Assembly: GCF_947500655.1 (NCBI RefSeq)
Contig: NZ_CANMSK010000008.1
Location: 19,139-83,138, forward strand
Source: an uncultured Psychrosphaera sp.
GTDB lineage: Bacteria; Pseudomonadota; Gammaproteobacteria; Enterobacterales; Alteromonadaceae
DNA: 64,000 nt
Direction: 5' to 3'
A program made the position numbers and the translations under genes. Shown in pieces: positions 29,035-37,583 of the stretch; positions within the stretch are counted from its first letter, which is position 1; the number at the start of each line of letters is the position of its first letter. The notes beneath the pieces are model-generated. The model worked only from the letters and a program-made list of their open reading frames with translations. It had not been told where the DNA came from and did not search any database.

Positions 29035-30228
29035 CTATTTATTATTTTGCTGTAACCAAATAGCTAATTGACCACGTTCTTTATCGGTTATTTTAGTTTT
29101 ATTCATAAATGGCATATCTTTAGCGTCAACAACTCGAGCCTGTATGCGTGGCGCCCATTGTTTAATTGAAGCTTCGCCATTAAACACGACACCACCTTGA
29201 GCTACCGTAAAAATGTCGTCGGTATTTTGCTCAGAATGGCATGAGCTACAGCGGGCTTCTATAATAGTTTGCACTTCAGCCATGGTTACTTTTTGCTGTA
29301 ATTGCTCTTTGGTTACCTCCACCTTTTCTGGTGCAATGGCATAGGCTAATGTGATTGTTGCTAATATTGCTCCAATAATAATACTTGGCTTATTTTTACC
29401 AAAATGACGAAGTACAAAATATTGTCTTACCGCCGCACCTATTAAAACAAGTCCCATTAATACAGCCCAACCAGCATTGTGATTAAATGTCATTGGGTAA
29501 TGGTTAGAGATCATAATGAAGATCACAGGCAAGGTAATATAAGTATTATGAGTTGAGCGTAATTTGGCGTTCAAACCATATTTAGAATCTGGTTTTGTTC
29601 CGTCTTCTACCGCTTTAACCAAAGCGCGCTGTGCTGGCATAATGCCAAAGAACACATTCCCAGCCATGATAGTTCCCATCACTGCGCCCATGTGCATATA
29701 AGCACCACGAGCACTAAATACTTGCATCAAGCTGTAAGATAACCAAGTGCCTAATGCCAGTAAAATAATGGCTAAAATTAAACTGTGATCTTTAAGTTTA
29801 GTTCTAACTAAAACTTCATACGTTCCAACACCAACAACAATTGAACCTAAGCCATATAAAATAGCTTGAAGTTGAGTAAGCTCGGCAACACTAGAGTCAA
29901 TAAGGTAAGTTTCAGCCCCTACATAAAACATGAGCGATAATAAGAAGAAGCCAGTGATCCATGTGGTGTACGCTTCCCACTTAAACCAATGCAACATAGT
30001 TGGCATTTTTGGTGGCGCAAGTTTGTATTTGGCTACCTCATAAAAACCACCGCCGTGAATAGCCCACAGATCACCAGAAATACCTTTGTCGGCTTTTTCC
30101 TGTGGCGGTGTTTCTAAGTGATTATCTAGCCACACAAAATAAAATGATGCGCCAATCCAAGCAATACCTACCACAACGTGGGCAAAGCGAAGGACTAAAT
30201 TAAGCCAATCTGTAATATACGGATCCAT
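29035..30228 (-). CDS. puuD: Membrane-bound urate hydroxylase PuuD (polytopic domain + C-terminal cytochrome c)
   Basis: The N-terminal membrane domain (MDPYITDWLNLVLRFAHVVVGIAWIGASFYFVWLDNHL) plus a C-terminal CSSCH haem-c motif matches the PuuD architecture. Confidence 0.8.
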   Translation of the reverse strand: MDPYITDWLNLVLRFAHVVVGIAWIGASFYFVWLDNHLETPPQEKADKGISGDLWAIHGGGFYEVAKYKLAPPKMPTMLHWFKWEAYTTWITGFFLLSLMFYVGAETYLIDSSVAELTQLQAILYGLGSIVVGVGTYEVLVRTKLKDHSLILAIILLALGTWLSYSLMQVFSARGAYMHMGAVMGTIMAGNVFFGIMPAQRALVKAVEDGTKPDSKYGLNAKLRSTHNTYITLPVIFIMISNHYPMTFNHNAGWAVLMGLVLIGAAVRQYFVLRHFGKNKPSIIIGAILATITLAYAIAPEKVEVTKEQLQQKVTMAEVQTIIEARCSSCHSEQNTDDIFTVAQGGVVFNGEASIKQWAPRIQARVVDAKDMPFMNKTKITDKERGQLAIWLQQNNK

Positions 30229-30282
30229 AATTTTTCTCGATTCTTATTCTTTAATAAAAAATTTATAATTTACGTGTTTTAT

Positions 30283-31569
30283 TTAAACTTTTTCGCCCAT
30301 TATATGGGTAGCAATTACATGACGTTCATCACCTAACATACTCAGAATAAATAGTTTTTCAGACAAGTTAGTACAATGCGTCATACGTCTTGCCATTAAA
30401 GGCGTCGCCTTGTAATCAAGCACAACAAAGTCAGCTTCTGCACCTTTGGTAAAGTTACCAATTGTCCCTTCTAAATCCAGAGCAATAGCACCGCCAAGTG
30501 TGGCTAAGTAAAAAGACTGGAAAGGACTTAATTTATCGTTACGTAATTGTTGTGTTTTATATGCATCATTCATAGTACTTAACATAGAAAACGTAGTACC
30601 CGCGCCGATATCAGAGCCCATTCCTACATTAATGTCGAATTGCTTAGCCTGTGTAAGATTATACAAACCGCTGCCTAAAAACAGGTTTGAGCTTGGACAA
30701 AAAGCAATAGCCGAATTGGTTTCACCTAAGCGCTGACATTCTGAGTCATGCAAATGAACACCATGAGCAAAAACACTACGTCGGCCTAACAATTTACTCT
30801 TGTCGTACACATCTAAGTAACCATCAGATTCTGGAAATAACTCTTTAACCCAAGCTATTTCATTCTTGTTTTCACTTAAATGAGTATGTAAGTACACACT
30901 AGGGTTTTCAGCTAGTAATTGACCTGCTTTTTTTAATTGTTCAGGAGAAGAGGTTGGTGCAAAACGTGGTGTAATGGCGTACTGTAAACGGTCGACTTTA
31001 TGCCATTTTTCAATTAATTGTTTTGACTCTTGATAGCCTAACTCTGCCGTGTCCGACAAATCTTCTGGGCAATTACGATCCATTAATACCTTGCCACAGA
31101 TCATTCTTAATTTTCGCTGTTGTGCTGCAGTAAAAAATGCATCGACCGAGGCTTTATGCACAGTGCCAAATACTAGTGCCGTTGTAGTTCCTGCATCTAG
31201 CAACTGCTCCAAAAAGAACTCAGCTACGCCTTTAGCGTGTTCAAAGTCACTAAATTGCTTTTCAAATGGGAAGGTATAATTCTCTAACCATTCCAATAGT
31301 TGTTCACCATAAGAGGCGATCATTTCTGTTTGTGGATAATGCACATGCGTGTCAATAAAGCCGGGCATGATCAAACCATTTTCATAGTGAGTTATTTCAA
31401 CACTATCATCAATTGTTGGCAGCAATTCAGCGGCACTTCCAACTTGTTCAACTAGTCCGTCTTTTAAAATTAACAAACCGTCTTCGATATATTGATAGCT
31501 GTCTTCTAAGGCGACTTTTGCAGGGTCTGCCAAAAAATGTAACAACTCACCACGGTATACTTTTAACAT
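30283..31569 (-). CDS. guaD: Guanine deaminase
   Basis: Amidohydrolase with PGFIDTHVHYPQTEMIASYGEQLLEWLENYTFPFE and HLSEN motifs. Confidence 0.9.
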   Translation of the reverse strand: MLKVYRGELLHFLADPAKVALEDSYQYIEDGLLILKDGLVEQVGSAAELLPTIDDSVEITHYENGLIMPGFIDTHVHYPQTEMIASYGEQLLEWLENYTFPFEKQFSDFEHAKGVAEFFLEQLLDAGTTTALVFGTVHKASVDAFFTAAQQRKLRMICGKVLMDRNCPEDLSDTAELGYQESKQLIEKWHKVDRLQYAITPRFAPTSSPEQLKKAGQLLAENPSVYLHTHLSENKNEIAWVKELFPESDGYLDVYDKSKLLGRRSVFAHGVHLHDSECQRLGETNSAIAFCPSSNLFLGSGLYNLTQAKQFDINVGMGSDIGAGTTFSMLSTMNDAYKTQQLRNDKLSPFQSFYLATLGGAIALDLEGTIGNFTKGAEADFVVLDYKATPLMARRMTHCTNLSEKLFILSMLGDERHVIATHIMGEKV

Positions 31570-31598
31570 TATTTTACCTTTGTAAACTTTCTTAAATT

Positions 31599-31619
31599 CA
31601 ACTCTTTTAAAAAGAGTTG
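31599..31619 (-). other. 21-nt perfect hairpin/palindrome between allA and guaD
   Basis: caactctttt-a-aaaagagttg, with 10-bp arms, inside the 55-nt intercistronic gap. Confidence 0.6.
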
Positions 31620-31624
31620 TTTGA

Positions 31625-32122
31625 CTAGCTCTGTGCGATAACTAATGAACCATCAAGTTCCAATACATCGCAGTTGTCACCTTCGCCACCTCTATCAATT
31701 ACCAAGAAGTCGCTTTCGCTGCTCAGTGCTAAACAGAAGTGATGCCACGTGCCTTTGTGATAATTCACACCTTGGCTAGAGTCCGCTAAAAATACTTCAA
31801 TTTTATTAACATCAAACTCCCCCGCAGGGGCAACCACTACTAAATAAGGATTTTGTCCCATAGGAATAAATGCTTGGCTACCTAAAGGATGGCGTTCCAT
31901 CATTTTTATCGCAATAGGCTGTTCTAATGGTGTTGAACGGAAAATATTAACTAAAGTACGACCATTATTATCATCCACATCAACCTTGGCTAAGTCATGA
32001 TAACGCTGAGTAAAACCATCGTTAATAGTGAAATTATTAGCTTGTTCATTCGCTTCAATTACATCACCAAACGCTTTAAACGCGTCTTTGGTTAATGGCT
32101 TAGGTATAATTTCTTTTAACAT
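31625..32122 (-). CDS. allA: Ureidoglycolate lyase
   Basis: Colinear with E. coli AllA (FKAFGDVIE...ERHPLGSQAFIPM...GVNYHKGTWHH...IDRGGEGDNCDV). The ATG is at 32122; the ORF-track TTG is at 32134. Confidence 0.9.
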   Translation of the reverse strand: MLKEIIPKPLTKDAFKAFGDVIEANEQANNFTINDGFTQRYHDLAKVDVDDNNGRTLVNIFRSTPLEQPIAIKMMERHPLGSQAFIPMGQNPYLVVVAPAGEFDVNKIEVFLADSSQGVNYHKGTWHHFCLALSSESDFLVIDRGGEGDNCDVLELDGSLVIAQS

Positions 32123-32158
32123 GATCTTTTCCAATTCATTTACATATACTAAACAGCA

Positions 32159-32500
32159 CTAGCTACCACGGTACGTTGAATAACCATACGCAGTTAACAA
32201 CAATGGAATATGGTAATGCGCACCACCAGCATCTATCTCAAACACGATATCAACATAAGGATAAAATCCTTTTTCGTCGTTCGCGTTAAAGTAAACCGCA
32301 GTCGCAAAATGCATACGATAAACACCAGCGGGTAAAACCTCACCGTCAGCTAATAAATTTGGTAAACGGCCATCTTGATTGGTGACACCGCCATTGATCT
32401 CCTGCCAATTATTACCATCTTGGGCAAATAAAGTAATTGGCACATTTTGCGCGGGTAAGCCGCGTGTAACATCTAATATGTGTGTAGTAATTTGACTCAT
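32159..32500 (-). CDS. uraH: 5-hydroxyisourate hydrolase (transthyretin-like)
   Basis: 113 aa, with HILDVTRGLPA at the N-terminus and the diagnostic C-terminal YSTYRGS. Confidence 0.93.
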   Translation of the reverse strand: MSQITTHILDVTRGLPAQNVPITLFAQDGNNWQEINGGVTNQDGRLPNLLADGEVLPAGVYRMHFATAVYFNANDEKGFYPYVDIVFEIDAGGAHYHIPLLLTAYGYSTYRGS

Positions 32501-32550
32501 GTTATTCCCTGTTCTTATCTTATTTCTATCTCTTAACTTTCAGCTTTAAA

Positions 32551-32592
32551 GCTTAAGACTTATGACTTATGGCTTATGGCTTACAGCTTATG
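32551..32592. repeat. Heptanucleotide tandem repeat (RCTTAYR)x6
   Basis: gcttaag acttatg acttatg gcttatg gcttaca gcttatg. The last unit contains the TAA stop (32588-32590, minus strand) of uraD. Confidence 0.9.
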
Positions 32593-33091
32593 ACAATGCT
32601 TTTGTGATGCGCAGTTGAAAGATCTTTCTTTGCTCTTCTGCTGCATTAATTAATTCTTGTGCTCTGTTATTTGGTAATCGAGCTTGCAGTAAGTCAGACA
32701 TTTGCTGTGCGCTTTTACCTGTGGCACACACTATAAAAATAAAACCGAATTTGGCTTCGTAATCTGTATTACCTTGTGCAAGCTGCTCAAGCACTGTGTC
32801 ATCAGCCTCTTTAACTAAACCTTGTTCGTTACCAGCTAATTCTTTGGTGTTGGCATATTTAGCTCGTAAGCTATTTACATCACCAATTTTTGGATGACCT
32901 TCAAAGGCTTCCAAGTAATCAGACTCAGCAAGTCCTTGCCATGCTTTATCAGCTTGTTGCACCAAAGCTTCTTCTCTAGCAAAAGGACGCGCTTTAACCA
33001 TGCTATTTACCCAAGTTGTAGCTGTACAACATTGCATAAACATGTGCGTTGCATCCTCAACATTAAGCTTGTTTAATTGTGCTAGGTTCAT
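32588..33091 (-). CDS. uraD: OHCU decarboxylase
   Basis: 167 aa with motifs AFEGHPKIGD and FGFIFIVCATGKSA. It has a 4-nt ATGA overlap with alc. Confidence 0.88.
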   Translation of the reverse strand: MNLAQLNKLNVEDATHMFMQCCTATTWVNSMVKARPFAREEALVQQADKAWQGLAESDYLEAFEGHPKIGDVNSLRAKYANTKELAGNEQGLVKEADDTVLEQLAQGNTDYEAKFGFIFIVCATGKSAQQMSDLLQARLPNNRAQELINAAEEQRKIFQLRITKALS

Positions 33092-34155
33092 GCGTTTTTG
33101 CCACTAGTTTTACCAAAGGCGCGCAATCTAGATATGCCACCATCTGGGAAAATACTTAAACGAATATGAGTAAATTCTTGCGTATTAGCAGGAATAATTT
33201 CATTAATAAATAAGTGTTCACGGTGCGCATATAATTTAGTTTTGCTGATAATAGGCTGCCATTTATCGGCTTGTGCATCATTAGTAAAGTCGTCACTGTC
33301 CGAAACCATACCTTCCAATAAAAACGTGTCTGGGAAATTACCTTTAAAGTGACAAGTATCAACTATCACTTTTTCTACACTGCCTTTGGCTGCTAACTTA
33401 ACGATTGACCAATCCGGACCTGGATCACGACGACGTTTTGTTTCCCAACCGTCACCCATATCTTTACCGCGTCCCGGCATGATCAAATTGTTTTTATCAC
33501 TAAAAAACATATCAGATACTAACAAGGCTTTTGCGCCATTTTTGATATACGCTAAGTCGATTAACTCGCCGTCAATAAAGTCATTCCAATTTACGTCTGC
33601 TTCACCGTAGACACGAAAACGAGCGATACCGCCATCTGGAAACATATTTAATCTAACGTGAGTCCAAGAAATATCATTATGTATTTCAAAAACATTCTGG
33701 CTATGTGCATCCACAGAAACTTCGGTTAAAACAGTGTGCCAAACTGTACTTTTATTCGGCTGAACATCACTCACACAAGCTTCTACTGAAACGGTTTGTG
33801 GCGCGTTACCACGGAAGTAGTTAGTGTCAATATCAAACCCTTTGATCACACCTTGAATACCAAGACGAATAATACACCAGTCAAATTCACGACCATTATC
33901 ACGGCCATAACTACGACGAGATTCCCAACCGTCCATCCATTTTCCACGGTCGGTAAATTTACCGTCAATAAAAATTCCGCGTCCTTCTTTTAGCAAGTTT
34001 TCCATGCCAGCAAAAAAGTCATCACTGCAAGATAAGGTTTCACCACCAACTCGTTCACTGGCTAAATCTACACAATGTGTTTTTAATTTACGTTCCAGCT
34101 CGAGTGCATCACCGCTTAGTTTGTTTTGTTCTTGAGTATTTATATCTGCCATCAT
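33088..34155 (-). CDS. alc: Allantoicase
   Basis: Two internal allantoicase repeats (DDFFA...GWESRR; GDGWETKRRR) and a jelly-roll repeat pattern (FPDGGIARFRVYG / FPDGGISRLRAFG). Confidence 0.9.
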   Translation of the reverse strand: MMADINTQEQNKLSGDALELERKLKTHCVDLASERVGGETLSCSDDFFAGMENLLKEGRGIFIDGKFTDRGKWMDGWESRRSYGRDNGREFDWCIIRLGIQGVIKGFDIDTNYFRGNAPQTVSVEACVSDVQPNKSTVWHTVLTEVSVDAHSQNVFEIHNDISWTHVRLNMFPDGGIARFRVYGEADVNWNDFIDGELIDLAYIKNGAKALLVSDMFFSDKNNLIMPGRGKDMGDGWETKRRRDPGPDWSIVKLAAKGSVEKVIVDTCHFKGNFPDTFLLEGMVSDSDDFTNDAQADKWQPIISKTKLYAHREHLFINEIIPANTQEFTHIRLSIFPDGGISRLRAFGKTSGKNA

Positions 34156-34246
34156 AGCTTGGTCTTCCTAGATCAAATTTGTTTACGTTTTTACTTAGCT
34201 TTTATTTAGTTCTTTACTTAGATAGCCGTTGAGCTATTTATTTAGC

Positions 34247-35227
34247 TTACTCGCTTTCATTTTCAAGTAGCTCGTCGCTTGATTCAGACGTTTGCATTGC
34301 AAGAAGTTGTTTTACTTCTTGCCAAGCGACGCCTTTGCTTTTTTTACTAGCTTGTTCCGTAGAAGAAACATTATCAGATACCGATAGCAGTGACTGATAA
34401 GACTCTATAATTTCGCCTGCTACACTCACGGCTACTTCCATTGGTATTTTGCCTACTACTTGCTCTAAGCCAATTGGACAATTCATGCGTTCAACAAGAG
34501 ATGGTTTTACATCACGATGTTTATAACGCTGCTGGAAACGGCGCCATTTTGTGTCTGATGCTATTAAGCCTAAGTAGTGAAAATCTTCACGCTTTAGAAT
34601 CGCCAGGCTAATTTCAAAGTCCAGCTGGTGATTGTGTGTCATCACTACATTTAATGTATTGCTTGGCATCGAAGCCACTTCGCTCGCGGGATCGTCCGTT
34701 AACAACTTAGTCACATTTGGATACTGTTCACAGTTAACAGGAAATTGCGACTCTCTATTATCAACCCATGTAATATGACAAGGTAAACTGGCTAAAATAG
34801 GCACTAGCGCTTGCGCTACATGTCCTGCACCAAAAACGGCAATATGTACTTTACTGGCTGCAAAATACTCAAATAATAAACTGGCATTACCGCCACAACA
34901 TTGGCCTAACTGACTGCCTAATTGAAAATGTTCAATTACCTGACAATCTTGCTTTTGCTGTAATAGCTCTTGGGCTTTTTGTATCGCTTTATATTCAAGG
35001 TGACCGCCACCTATGGTGTCGAAACTTTGATTTTGACTGACGACCATTTTGGTGCCACTGTTTCTTGGTGTTGAACCGCTAACACCAATAATTGTGATCA
35101 AAACAAAACCTTTACCTTGGCTATTTAAATTAAAGCTGGCTTGATCCCATTTTAATTTATGCATCTCTCCACCAGTAAATGATTTTGGTGGCTCAAAACT
35201 TTCATCAAAATTATTCATATTTGCCAC
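34247..35227 (-). CDS. xdhC: Xanthine dehydrogenase accessory protein XdhC
   Basis: XdhC/CoxI motifs (GSTPRNSGTKMVV; a Rossmann-like VFGAGHVAQAL). It lies directly downstream of xdhB. Confidence 0.85.
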   Translation of the reverse strand: MANMNNFDESFEPPKSFTGGEMHKLKWDQASFNLNSQGKGFVLITIIGVSGSTPRNSGTKMVVSQNQSFDTIGGGHLEYKAIQKAQELLQQKQDCQVIEHFQLGSQLGQCCGGNASLLFEYFAASKVHIAVFGAGHVAQALVPILASLPCHITWVDNRESQFPVNCEQYPNVTKLLTDDPASEVASMPSNTLNVVMTHNHQLDFEISLAILKREDFHYLGLIASDTKWRRFQQRYKHRDVKPSLVERMNCPIGLEQVVGKIPMEVAVSVAGEIIESYQSLLSVSDNVSSTEQASKKSKGVAWQEVKQLLAMQTSESSDELLENESE

Positions 35228-35228
35228 C

Positions 35229-37583
35229 CTACTCTTGCTCAGCTTTTAAAGCTTCAACGGCAAATAGTACACGTTCTGGTGTTGCTGGCGTATCAAGCGC
35301 TGGGCTTACTTTATGGTCAACCACACTAGCAATAGCATCTTTAAGTGCCGACCACACTGACATGCCTAACATAAACGGCGGCTCGCCTACGGCTTTTGAG
35401 TTATAAATAGTGTGTTCACGATTTGGCGCATCTGGTAATAACGCGACTCTAAAGTCTTCTGGCGCATCGTTAATTGCTGGAATCTTATAAGTGGCTGGAT
35501 TATTAGAAAGTAATCGGCCTTGCTCATTCCAAACTAATTCTTCAGTGGTAAGCCACCCCATACCTTGCACAAAAGCACCTTCTATTTGGCCAAGATCTAT
35601 CGCAGGATTAATTGAGTGACCAACATCTTGTAAGATGTCAGTACGTAATGTTTTATATTCACCCGTTAGTGTATCTATTATAACTTCAGATACGGATGCG
35701 CCCGTTGCATAGTAAAAAAACGGACGACCTTTGCCAGTTGCTCGGTCAAAGTGGATTTTAGGGGTTTTATAAAATCCAGTAGATGATAACGATACGCGTG
35801 CCATGTAAGCAATTTGTGCAAATTCTGCAAAACTAAATACTTGCTCGCCAACCACAACATTACTGTTTTCAAAACGAACTTGCTCTTGGCTCACTTGGTA
35901 ATTTTCACAAGCAAAATCGATTAGTCTTTGTTTAATGATTTTAGCCGCGGCTTCCGCCGCTTTACCATTTAAGTCAGTACCAGAAGATGCTGCGGTTGGT
36001 GATGAGTTGGGAACTTTGTCGGTACGCGCTGACGAACTTGCTACCGTATCAACATCAACCTGAAACTCTTCCGCCACTATTTGAGCAACTTTAGTATTTA
36101 AACCCTGACCCATTTCTGTGCCGCCATGACTTAAATGAATGGTGCCGTCGGTATAAACATGCACCAAAGCACCAGCCTGATTTAAATGCTGTGCGGTAAA
36201 TGAAATACCAAACTTAACCGGCGTTAATGCTATGCCTTTTTTTAGTATGCTATTTTCTTGGTTGAATTTGTTAATGGCTGTACGACGAGCCTGATAATCT
36301 GATGTTTGCTCTAAAGTATTAATGATCTCCGGTAAATTATTATGCTCTACCGTTTGATGATAATGAGTTTCGTCACGGCCTTGCTCACCGTACAAATTCA
36401 CTTTTCTGATCTCTAATGGATCTTTACCTAAATGGCGTGCAATATCATCCATCACCATTTCAATGGTCATCATGCCTTGCGGGCCACCAAAACCACGGTA
36501 AGCGGTATGAGAAACTGTATTTAATTTACAACGATTTCCCGTTACCCTAGCTTCATTTAAAAAGTACGCATTATCTGAATGGAACATAGCTCTATCAACA
36601 ATAGCGTCGGATAAATCTGGTGAATAACCACAGTTGCCGTTTACTTGAATATTAATCCCTTGGATTTGACCTTGCTCATCAAAACCAACGGTATAATTAT
36701 TTTCAAATGGATGACGTTTACCCGTCATGATCATGTCATCCATGCGTCCTAATTTAAATTTAACTGGCCGCTTGGTTTCATTTGCCAGTAACGCTGCAAT
36801 ACATGCCCAAGGCGCAGCTTGAGTTTCTTTACCACCAAAACCACCGCCCATGCGGCGCATATCTACCAACACCTTATTTAGCGGAATCGCTAATACTTCA
36901 GCCACTAGTTTTTGCACTTCACTTGGATGTTGTGATGAAGAATAAATATTCATACCGCCATCTTCCGTTGGCTCAGCAGTAGATACTTGCCCCTCAAGAT
37001 ACATATGCTCTTGTCCACCAACTATAATCTCACCAGATAATTGATGTGGCGCTTTGGCAATAGCCGAGTCTGAATCACCGCGCTTCATGGTAGCTGGAGG
37101 ACGTACAAAATTTTGTTTGGCTAATGCATCTTTAACGGTTAATACCGCTTCAAGTTCTTGGTATTCTATTTTTGCTAATTTTACCGCTTTGCGTGCTAAA
37201 TCATAACTTGTTGCGGCAACTGCAAAAATGGGCTGGCCAATGTATTCAACTTTACCGATGGCCAATACAGGATCGCCAGGAAATACAGGGCCAATATCGG
37301 TATGTCCAGGTACGTCGTCCACTGTAATAACTTTTACCACACCTTCGGCAGCTTTAACGGCAGATAAATCCATAGAAATAATATTGGCGTGAGCTTGGGT
37401 AGATTGCCCAACAGCTGCATGCAATTCACCACGTAATGATGGACGGTCATCTACGTATATAGCTTCACCAGCAACTTGTTTGTCGGCACTTTCATGTTTT
37501 TTGGAACGGCCTACACCGCCTAGCCCAATATTAGATTGTGCTTTGCTTGCTGATGAAGAGCTAACATTTATTAAATTACGCAT
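35229..37583 (-). CDS. xdhB: Xanthine dehydrogenase molybdopterin-binding large subunit
   Basis: 784 aa with motifs GGGFGGKETQ, AYRGFGGPQG and HGGTEMGQGLNTK. Confidence 0.93.
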   Translation of the reverse strand: MRNLINVSSSSASKAQSNIGLGGVGRSKKHESADKQVAGEAIYVDDRPSLRGELHAAVGQSTQAHANIISMDLSAVKAAEGVVKVITVDDVPGHTDIGPVFPGDPVLAIGKVEYIGQPIFAVAATSYDLARKAVKLAKIEYQELEAVLTVKDALAKQNFVRPPATMKRGDSDSAIAKAPHQLSGEIIVGGQEHMYLEGQVSTAEPTEDGGMNIYSSSQHPSEVQKLVAEVLAIPLNKVLVDMRRMGGGFGGKETQAAPWACIAALLANETKRPVKFKLGRMDDMIMTGKRHPFENNYTVGFDEQGQIQGINIQVNGNCGYSPDLSDAIVDRAMFHSDNAYFLNEARVTGNRCKLNTVSHTAYRGFGGPQGMMTIEMVMDDIARHLGKDPLEIRKVNLYGEQGRDETHYHQTVEHNNLPEIINTLEQTSDYQARRTAINKFNQENSILKKGIALTPVKFGISFTAQHLNQAGALVHVYTDGTIHLSHGGTEMGQGLNTKVAQIVAEEFQVDVDTVASSSARTDKVPNSSPTAASSGTDLNGKAAEAAAKIIKQRLIDFACENYQVSQEQVRFENSNVVVGEQVFSFAEFAQIAYMARVSLSSTGFYKTPKIHFDRATGKGRPFFYYATGASVSEVIIDTLTGEYKTLRTDILQDVGHSINPAIDLGQIEGAFVQGMGWLTTEELVWNEQGRLLSNNPATYKIPAINDAPEDFRVALLPDAPNREHTIYNSKAVGEPPFMLGMSVWSALKDAIASVVDHKVSPALDTPATPERVLFAVEALKAEQE

